From Octopus sinensis (Eukaryota), in contig NC_043001.1 of assembly GCF_006345805.1 (NCBI RefSeq), positions 89,962,001 through 90,026,000 on the forward strand: 64,000 nt of DNA, given 5' to 3'. Each line of letters opens with the position of its first letter. The stretch's first letter is position 1. This document shows positions 53,841 through 64,000 of this stretch, one piece after another. The notes under the pieces were generated by a model. It was not told where the DNA came from. It saw only the letters and a program-made list of their open reading frames with translations, and made no database searches. A program made the position numbers and the translations under genes.

Positions 53841-54297
53841 TACTATTATTATTGTTGTTGTTGTTGTTATTAAGGCGCCGAGCTGGCAGAGTCGTTAGCA
53901 TGCCGGGCAAAATACTCAGCGGCATTTTGTCCGTCTTTACGTTCTGAGTTCAAATTCCGCCGAGATCGACTTTGCTTTTCAGCCATTCAGGGTCGATAAA
54001 ATAAGTTCCAGTTGATCACACACACACATATATAAATGTGTGTGTGTGTGCGTGTGTGTGCGTGTGTGTATGTATGTATGTATTTATGTATGTATGTATG
54101 ACTTTGTATTTGCATTTGTGCCCGTCACCGGTGTCAGTTTGTTTACGTTTCCGTAACTTAGCAGTTCGTCAAAGAGAGTGCGATGGAATAAGTACCAGAC
54201 TTACAAAAAGTTCTTGGGTCGATTTGTTTGACTAAACTCTTCAAGGTGTTGCCATAGCATGGTCGCAGTCTAATGATTGAAACAAGTAAAAGATAAG
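53640..54297 (+). mobile_element. SINE B fragments and a SINE C tail
   Basis: Family B at 53640-53775 and 53872-54017; family C tail at 54100-54297. Confidence 0.75.
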
Positions 54298-54618
54298 ATT
54301 AACTATGTTGTGAACGTACTGTACTTCAACTTATATTCTTTTCAGATCAGCTATATCACGTGGCTGACTAGGCTATCAAATGTTGTTACACATCGCTGGT
54401 CACAATGTTCCTTACAACACACTATCAAAAATATTTCTTATAACACACTATCAATGTGGCTTACGCATGCTCAAGAAGAAATTATAATATGATGTGACCT
54501 CCCCATATAATGGCCGATGTACCTTAAGCAATTTTTCAAACAGACTGTGATATCTTGGCTTGTTTTAAGTATTAGTAATAATTATTTTATTGTTATAATT
54601 TCAATATTTCGTAATTAG

Positions 54619-55410
54619 AAGGCGGCGAGCTGGTAGAAACGATCGCATGCCGGGCAAAATGCTTAGCGGTATTTCGTCTGTTCAAATTCTGAGTTCAAAT
54701 TCTGAGTTCAAATTTGCTTTTCATCCTTTCGGGGTCGATTAAATTAAGTACCAGTTGCGTACTGGAGTTGATCTAATCGACTGACCCCCTCCCCATACAT
54801 TTCGGGCCTTATGCCTGGAAAAGAAAAGAATATTTCGTAATTAGAAGGAGGCGAGCTGGCAGAAACGTTAGCACACCGGGCGAAATGCGTAGTCGTATTT
54901 CGTCTGCCGCTACGTTCTGAGTTCAAATTCCGCCGAGGTCGACTTTACCTTTCATCCTTTCGGGGTCGATTAAATAAGTACCAGTTACGCACTGGGGTCG
55001 ATATAATCGACTTAATCCATTTGTCTGTCCTTGTTTGTCCTCTCTGTGTTTAGTCCCTTGTGGGTAGTAAAGAAATAGGTATTTCGGCAGTCGTTATGCC
55101 CTGAGTTCAAATTCCGCCGAGGTCGACTTTGCCTTTCATTCTTTCAGGATCGATAAATCAAGTACCACAAATTTCGGGCCTTGTGCCTGGAATAGAAAAG
55201 AATATTTCGTAATTAGTAAGAATCGTTAGCATGTCGGACAGAATGCTTAGTGGTATTTCGTCTGCCACTACGTTCTGAGATCAAATTCCACCGAAGTCGA
55301 CTTTGTCTTTATACTTCTGTGGAAGGTGGGGGTGGGGGGTTCAATAAAATAAGTACCAGTTGAGCACTGGGGATCGATGCAATTGCTGGCCTCGAAATTT
55401 TGAAACTAAT
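54619..55410 (+). mobile_element. Cluster of SINE family B copies with recurring aatatttcgtaatta flanks
   Basis: About four copies; aatatttcgtaatta occurs at ~54603, 54828, 55202 and 55437. Confidence 0.85.
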
Positions 55411-57032
55411 ATTAGTCATAATTATTTTGTGATTTCAATATTTCGTAATTAATATTAATTATTGAACCTAGAGGAATTCAGTTCATTCGATTTCATAGTC
55501 AAAGGCGTTCGGTTTCCCACCCGTAATACGGCCATAGAACAATGTTTTTGAGACATTTAAAAATAGAAAGAACGGTTCTTGTACGCCGTTAAATACGGTA
55601 ATCGATAACCAGTGTATCACTGGTAGTTTTATTATCAAAACTGAAATACATGAAAGATAATGGAAGCATTTTAAATATATGTAACTAGATATCAGAACGA
55701 ATCAGTGAAAACCAAATCCAAACTTCAAAACAGATTTAACATTTAAGGCAAGTTCAGATGAGGCGCGCAATGATATTTATAAGTGACGTGGCATATGTGG
55801 TTTTGTAGTATTTTTTTTCACTTATAGCTGCGATCTGAGAGCAGCAGTTTTCCTCAAGTTGTTTATCGATAAATAATGCAGTTATAATTATACTAGCGGG
55901 ACCCGGGGACCCGTGGATATTTCACGGAATTAATGGTAAACTTATTGGGTTGTTTCTGAAAACTTTATTTTAAAAACCTGAAAATGTGGCCTGTGTTGTA
56001 TCTGTATGGAAAGATATTCGCTCTTCTGTTACTCGTTGAAATGTTAAAGAAATTGGAATACGAGGATTACTTAATGCACTTTATATACTTTATGCACAAT
56101 TTTATAGACTTAATAAACAGCACTCATAAAATGAATATTCACTCTTATTTTTTCATTTTCCCCATAAATAAAACAAAAGAAAAGTATCCTGTACATATGA
56201 TACAACCTTTAGTTAAATTGCATATATCTACCACATAAGTAAACGTGAATATTTCACGGAATTGCACATATGCGCATGCGTTAAGTGATGGGTAATATAA
56301 AAAAAACGTGGCTCAATTAAAATAAATGCACTTTTCACTATCCAATCATCATCACCATCACCACCCACCATCACCACCACCACCACCACCGCCACAACCA
56401 TCATCTCTCTCTTCCCCTCTTTACATTCCCTCTACCTCACGTCATGGACGCTCCTCTGTCCCCCTTTCCCTCTTTTTCTTCCTCCCTCTTTCTCTCTCTC
56501 CCTCTTTTGTTTTTCCCTTTTTCTCTAACCAAGTGAAAACGTTACCGACGGGCTAAGTAACACAATGACAAGCAGAATTATTATAAGATATTTTTAGGAT
56601 TCATCATCGGTACTTAGTTCTATCAGCATGTTCTCAAAGCCAAACAGAAGTGTTTATAATACGATACGTTCCCTATGAAACATCAAGTGGTTAGTGACAT
56701 TAGGACAAAATAGCTGATATAAAAATGAAATGAAAAACTGGTTTTGTATGTTAATATCCTGATGAAGTGCACATTTTCTGTTGTGCTATATTTAAGTTCT
56801 ATCGCTATTGTTTATTGTAAGAGAACGGATTAGAGGTAAGCTTAAAATAGAATTTTGCACTTAGTGTTATTTCTCTTCAGATTTTATGTCATTGGGAAAT
56901 ATAAATGCATACCTATGCAAATATAAATACATACACACACATACACATGTACACACATATATACATACATATATGTAAATGTTGCACACACACACACATC
57001 CACATACTCACATACATACATACATACATACA

Positions 57033-57095
<63 letters not shown>

Positions 57096-57410
57096 TTGCT
57101 ACTGATGGCTGGACAAAGAAAACGCCATTTCTTGCCTCTATGTGGAGTTTGAGTGTCGCCTGGAACGGATTTAAATGTATTTTAGTTACTCTTATAACGA
57201 ATTATTTTGTTAACAAACAGGGGCTCCGGAACAGATTAGGTTCGCATATAGAGATCCTACTGAATGTGAAATTACAGTTATATCTCTCTACCTCTCTACG
57301 AAGTACACAATATTTGTGCTCTAATTAGTAACTTTTTTTTCTATTCATTGATATCAGTTTTCTTGGTTACATAGAATGGCAATCCTATGTAACGAAGAAA
57401 CATTGGATAC

Positions 57411-57494
<84 letters not shown>

Positions 57495-57527
57495 AGGAGG
57501 AGAGAGAGGAGAGAGAGGAGAGAGGAG

Positions 57528-57563
<36 letters not shown>

Positions 57564-58211
57564 TTCCATCAACAATGTAGCGTTTGAGCGCTCCTGAAAT
57601 ATTCTAAACATTCTCCGTTGGAAATACATAATCACACAAGTTTATAGGAGCAATTAAATACACAAACACATAAATATGATCTGCGGAACCCCGTCTAAAT
57701 TTCAGTAATTCCTTCTGGAACCGTTTCTTTCTCTGCTACTCAATTTAGCACTTTAATGAACGTTAAGAACAGAGACATACTTAGATACATATAAATATGC
57801 ATGTAACATTATAATCAGATGTACTTTGGTGTAAATTAGTCTACTCACCGGTTTTTTGTTTTGGGTTACTGTTCAAGTATTCATAGTATTTACTTACCAG
57901 CAAGTTTCAGTAATTGGCTATTATTTTATTATCACGAATAACAGAAACTCTGATTACCTCTGCAAGCAATACGGCTATTAACAACAACGACGGCGGCATC
58001 AACAACATTAATGTATATATATATAAAGTCAACTTGAATGAATACAACCTTATGTAATTTTTGTTAGTGGAAGTATTATAATTACAAAATATACTTCCTT
58101 TGAATTAAGGAACAATAACGATCTACACAAATGTTAAATAGGCAGATACCAGAGCAAATTGCTCAGTTAAACTAAAATCATAGAGAGACGAATGAACTTT
58201 TCAGTTTCAAC

Positions 58212-58731
58212 TACCGTAAATCCTCGAGTATAATCCGCGTTTTTTCCCAAAATTTATAGGTCAAAATCCCTAGTGCGTACGAGGTTAAAACTGAAAAAAA
58301 TATTTTCTAAGCAATGTTCAAGTCTCTATTTGCTGTCCGGCAGTGTTTTTTCAGACGCATTTTGTGATGTCGGGCGCGAAAATACATTAAGCTAAGCCTG
58401 AAAGCAATGAAGTCATAAAAGAATCATCCATAACTTGCAGTAAGCAACATTTATTAAAATAAAAGTATTCAGAACACAGAATAACATGTAACAAAAACAA
58501 TTTGCTATCATATTTACATTCCCATACAACAATTAAGAACATCACCATTATTGTATTAAACATGCGCAGAGGCATTTGTTCGACTAGGTGCTGCTGGCTT
58601 AATTATGCACGACTCAAGTTAGAGAAGGGGTGCGTATTATACACAAGGTTTAGGTTTTTCAGAGGTACAGCCCCCTAAAAATCCCCTGCGTATTATACTC
58701 AAAGGCAGATTATACTCGAAGATTTACGGTA
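58212..58731. mobile_element. Non-autonomous pogo/Tigger-like MITE
   Basis: TA-flanked TIRs taccgtaaatcctcgagtataatccgc / gcagattatactcgaagatttacggta. Confidence 0.88.
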
Positions 58732-59679
58732 CTTTTCCCGATTTTATTGAAAGTTTCATCACAATTGTAGTTTTTCAGGCCAGTTACAAATATCACAACA
58801 TGTTTTTGAGAAATTATTAATATAAAATGTCTCGAACCTTTATAGGCTGAATTTCTTTTTAAACTTTAGCCAATCAGATCCATCACTTTACGCCGTAGCA
58901 ATATTAAGGAAAGCTCCATATTTACTATCGTTTTCTCTTTGGATTTTGTTGACAACAATAGTCGCAACTTGTTACATTTTGAGAAATTAATAATAAAAAA
59001 AAACGTTACAAAACTTTTACCGAGGAAAATATTTAATGAAGGAAAATAAAATAAAATAAGTTAATCGTTGCAATGAAATTTTGCGATGAACTACAAACCC
59101 TAACCTTAACACTAATCTTAACACTAACTCCTGCCTTAACTTTAACCTCAGAACGGCTTCAGCTGGTTGCTACTGGAATATATTATATATAATATAGTTT
59201 ACTGGTTCGGACGTCGAGAATAGATAAGTTTAATTACCTAAGGTAGCGAAAAAAAAATCTAGCTGTTAAAAATTCACATCTATTATATTTTTTAATTTCT
59301 CTCCAAAATGGCTGTAATTTTCGCATTTGACATGAAAAACTGAATGTTTGTTGACATTTTTCTATGGAATAGAAGGGGTAATTCAAACCAAAAAGATTCG
59401 GATCATAGTTATTTCTGAAGTAGTCGCATTAAATTTCAAGGAATTTTGACAACTTTTAATGTTAAATTTATTAATCCACCCATCCATCCATCCATCCATC
59501 CATCCATCCATCCATCCATACATCCATCCATACATACATACATACATACATACATACATACTTACATACATACATACTTACATGATATGGATAAAGTATC
59601 CAGGCGGGTAGCTTACGAACACTCAGTTCTAAATCAAGGCTTATGGCTAATTGCATCGAGTTATATTTCATATATATTC

Positions 59680-59710
<31 letters not shown>

Positions 59711-59831
59711 TGTATGTATGTATGTATGTATGTATGTATGTATGTATGTATGTATGTATGTATGTATGTAGTTATGTATGTATAGCCACTATACATTCTT
59801 TATTTTCTCTCCTTGTTTCTTTCTGTGTTCT

Positions 59832-59868
59832 TTTCTGTGAAAGAGCGTAGGCTCGAAACGTTAAAGAC
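59832..59868 (+). ncRNA. Degenerate minimal hammerhead motif in a PLE-like 3' remnant
   Basis: ctgtgaaa-GAGC-gtag-GCTC-GAAACGTT-aaaga; related tails at 572, 10511 and 29975; 5' core is corrupted. Confidence 0.45.
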
Positions 59869-59960
59869 TTTTTCACTTCCCGAGCGTTAAACTAATACAT
59901 CTGTTTGTTGTCAACACCACCTGCTTTCCTTTTTTGTTTTGTGAATTCTCCCTATATATA

Positions 59961-60009
<49 letters not shown>

Positions 60010-60519
60010 CCAGGCGTTTGCCTAGTGAAGCACTCTTACGGATAACGGCTATCTGAAAACTGAAAGGGCAAAGTTACCTTATGAAGCTACTGTACTAACA
60101 AACAGAAAATCAGCAAATCACCCGAAGAGTGTATACGATAAAACTATTCCCAGCTAGATTGGGAGAGACAATTTGCACACTCTGTATATGATTAAGTCAA
60201 TAATTGCTAACATGTTAATGAACATAACGCAAGGTTAGTCAAAGTGTAAATAGTTGAAATGATAGTAAACAATGTAATAAAAGCAATAGCGCTAACTTCA
60301 TCATTCGATGTTTATTTTACACACACACACACACACACAATGAAGGAGAAGGTGAATATTCTCTTTGAGAGAACCGCTTCAGGATTTATATTTTATTTTT
60401 GTTTTTTCCTTAGTTTGAGAGGCCTTTTCCTTATTAGTACAAGAGTATACGATATTTCCATATTGCCATAAAATCCATTTATTGGATATTCCTGTAGTAG
60501 TAGTAGTAGAAGTAGGTAC

Positions 60520-60930
60520 GTACTCTTTTTACTTGTTTTAGTCATTTGACTGCTGCCATGCTGGAGCACCGCCTTTAGTCGAGCAAATCGAGCCCAGGGC
60601 TTATTCTTTGTAAGCCTAGAACTTATTCTATCGGTCTCTTTTGCTGAACTGCTAAGTTACGAGGACGTAAACCCACCAGCATCGGTTGTCAAGCGATGGG
60701 GGGGGGGGCAAACACAGACACACAAACACACACGCATATATATACATATATATGTATATATATATATAAATATATATACGACGGACTTCTTTCAGTTTCC
60801 GTCTACCAAATCCACTCACAAGGCTTTGGTCGGCCCTAGGGCTATAGTAGAAGACACTTGCCCAAGGTGCCACGCAGTGGGACTGAACTCGGAACTATGT
60901 GGTTGGTAAGCAAGCTACTTACCACACAGA
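60520..60930 (-). mobile_element. SINE family C, full length
   Basis: Same organisation as 34163-34572. Confidence 0.88.
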
Positions 60931-61899
60931 CACTAGTAGAAAGTAGTTGCAGTAGCAGCAGCAGTAGCCGCAGCAGCAGCAGCGGTAGCGGCCACAACAG
61001 CAGCAACATCAGATGCAAAGGAAGAGACAAGTACAACCAACTGGAGATTAATTTAAAAAACAGAACACAGTTTAAAAGAAAAGAAAATGTTTTGTTTTTA
61101 GAAAAAAGAAAAAGAAAAGAATCTAATCACACAGACAGTTTGTCACCACAATTTTCAAAAATTTCACTAAGCTTCTGTTTACATCCAACGATTGATAATT
61201 TTTCAAGTAAAATAAACTTTAGATTTATTTTATATTATCTTTACGATCGAAAAAAGAATATATTAAAAGATGTCATGGAAACAAACAGTTGCAAAATCTC
61301 TTCCCAAATCCTCTAAAGTGAATATTCAAGAAACGTAGGAAGCATTTGTTAAAGTACGGTAGGCTCTAGGTTTACGTGGGGAGATTTATTAAGCTCTTAC
61401 GAAGGAAACAACAAATAGAGAACACTTGAACATAAGTTGATAACCCTCAAATATGATTTAAACACTACAAGTGATAAACACTGGCGACACATCATAAGAA
61501 TTTTAAAAACTGAATTAATTTGAAATTCAGAAATGATCAGAAAGTTGGGCTGTCTTTACTGCTTTTCTCAAGTTGGATCCTTGCTTTCTGATTTTGTTGC
61601 ACTGCGTCATGTATCCCTCAGCAAAGACTTTCTTCTCTCAAATCTTATTGGTTTTGAAACGTCATTGGTACTTCCGTAACGTTGAATTTTTTTAGTTTTT
61701 AATGTAGGGTACGCAAACCCATTTTTATTTCTAGGAAGAGTTAGTCCATGTTAGTTTTGGCTTTATTCTTTGAACTGACTAACGTGGGAGACCCTATCAA
61801 TAGCTTGCACTCCGCCAGCACATTTCTCAGTGTCATTGAGGCACACACTCCACCACCACACTGCATCAGGAACTGGTCATTGTGGTGGAAACTACAATA

Positions 61900-62358
61900 T
61901 TGATTTCAAATTTTGGCACAAGGCTAGTAATTTTGAGGGAGGGCATAAGAGGATTACATCGACTCCAGTACTCAACCGGTACTTATTTTACCGCCCCCGA
62001 AAGGATCAAAGGTGAAGTCGACCTCAGCAGCATTTGAGCATTTTAACTCAGAACGTTAAGACGGACGAAATGCTGTCTGCTCACCACCTTGATGGAAACT
62101 GCAACATTAACGATACTTAATACCTATTTCTTTATTACTCACAAGGGGCTAAACAGAGAGGGTACAAACAAGGACAGACAAACGGATTAAGTCGATTACA
62201 TCGACTCCAGTGCGCAACTGGTACTTAATTTATCGACCCCGAAAGGATGAAAGGCAAAGTCAACCTCGGTAGAATTTGAACTCAGAACGTAGCGGCAGAC
62301 GAGATACCGCAAAGCATTTCGCCCGGCGTGCTAACGTTTCTGCCAGCTCGCCGCCTTA
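61900..62358 (-). mobile_element. SINE family B copies
   Basis: Full copy at 62123-62358 and a degenerate copy at 61900-62090. Confidence 0.85.
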
Positions 62359-63048
62359 ACGATACTTAATACCAATGACATTGTCACTTAGTATGAGTAA
62401 AATACGAAATCGGAAAACAGTAGGAGTGTACATAGTTACATGAACAGTTTATGATCGATGAAAAAAAATCCAGTAAAACGATGCATAAGAGCATATTTGG
62501 TGACCACTAGTGTCATGCTAAGAAAATAGTTCAGTGTAGAAAATATTTTGTTAGTTATTACGCTTTAATAAAACGTATACATGGAATTTGATAAAAAAGG
62601 GAAAAGTATCCATCTATGGTGTTGCTACATGGTGTACTGTCTATAGAAGCCCTTGAGTTTTCTGTCCACCACCCCATACATATTCAGGGTTATAAAGCAG
62701 ACCCCAAAGTGCCGTCCTCATAAAAGTGTTACGTGGGGTGGAGCATTCCCTCGTCTCCATTTAGATACGCTTCTGCTATCATGAGTAATTTTAAAAACAA
62801 GGCATGGTAACAGACCAGTTAAACAAGACAATCTAGCATCAGTCAAAATATCTCACTTCATTCCACGAATGATTTCGTACAACATTCTTGGAAAGAATCT
62901 TGTACGAATCGTTTATAGGTTTAGCACAGAGTCACACATGGAATAGCGGAATGTAATCGACCGAATTGATTACATTTTCAGTACAGATCTGGTATTTATT
63001 TTGTGAGCGTGTATGCGTGCGTTGTCATTACAAGGAAAAGGTTAACAC

Positions 63049-63215
63049 TGGCGCAGGAGTGGCTTTGCGGTAAGTAGCTTGCTTACCAACCACATGGTTC
63101 CGGGTTCAGTACCACTGCGTAGAACCTTGGGTAAGTGTATTCTACTATAGCCTCGGACCGACTAAAGCCCTGTGAGTGGATTTGGTTGACGGAAACAGAA
63201 AGAAACCAGTCGTAT
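63049..63215 (+). mobile_element. SINE family C head, tail not seen
   Basis: ggcgcaggagtggctttgcggtaagtagcttgcttacc...ggaaacagaaagaaaccagtcg-(TA)n. Confidence 0.85.
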
Positions 63216-63260
63216 ATATATATATATAATATATATATATATAATATATATATATATAAT

Positions 63261-63295
<35 letters not shown>

Positions 63296-63619
63296 GCATG
63301 TATATATACATGCATATATATATATATATGAGTACAGGACACCACAAATAAACTTAGAACACAACGAGAAACGAAAACAAAAACAAAAAAGGAAACGGAT
63401 TTTTTTTAACAACGAAAAAACAGAGTACAAGACAAACAATACAAGGAATATTCCCCTTCATCAGCTGCCCTTGGTTTGACTCAATGTGTGTTTCGAAGGT
63501 AAGGGGAGAACACGATCCGGCCGAAGCAGTCCTTTCCGCAAAATGAATTAAATAAAATTCTTTTGCAGAAGGGTAAAAAAAAAAAAAAATGACAAGAACA
63601 GGACGTAAAAGCAATACTC

Positions 63620-63652
<33 letters not shown>

Positions 63653-63689
63653 ATATTATATATATATATATATATAATATATATATATA

Positions 63690-63811
63690 TAAACTTACTT
63701 GGAGGATAAGAAATGACGCGAGGCGCTCAGTCATATAATAATTTAATAAATAAAACATATGCATACATACATACATATATGTACGTACCTACCTCTACAT
63801 GTATATATACA

Positions 63812-63863
<52 letters not shown>

Positions 63864-64000
63864 TACTTGGAGGATAAGAAATGACGCGAGGCGCTCAGTC
63901 ATATAATAATTTAATAAATAAAACATATGCATACATACATACATACATATATGTACATACCTACATCTATATGTATATATACATGCATATATATATATAT
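63690..64000. repeat. Near-identical tandem duplication (~170-bp period) separated by (TA)n
   Basis: aaacttacttggaggataagaaatgacgcgaggcgctcagtc at 63691 and 63859. Confidence 0.9.

Noticed and set aside
60070-62900. Weak minus-strand exon candidates at ~60.1, 61.6-61.9 and 62.6-62.9 kb
   Set aside because: Multiple stops or no interpretable motif in the frames I read.

Overview
AT-rich eukaryotic DNA, dominated by microsatellites and SINEs. The repeat content looks like a coleoid cephalopod (Octopus-like); this is pattern recognition, not a database result. Nearly all long ORFs in the track are microsatellite translations, and I found no intact protein-coding gene. Transposon remnants include Tc1/mariner/pogo elements, CRE-, CR1/L2-, RTE- and RLE-type LINEs, Penelope-like elements and a Helentron-like element, plus three tRNA-headed SINE families. 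Three less obvious signals stand out. (1) Minus-strand exons with canonical splice sites and mostly matching phases join into a disabled receptor with TNFR-like architecture (Cys-rich repeat, TM, acidic 15-aa repeats, death-domain-like end) at 41.4-38.0 kb. Related death-domain-like and Cys-rich exons at about 52, 25, 21 and 18.5 kb suggest a decayed tandem cluster. (2) Many long hairpin cassettes sit in (TA)n tracts, and degenerate minimal hammerhead-ribozyme motifs occur in or near several of them. (3) One SINE family forms head-to-tail multimers with the same junction at several loci. All domain calls are by eye and need HMM confirmation.
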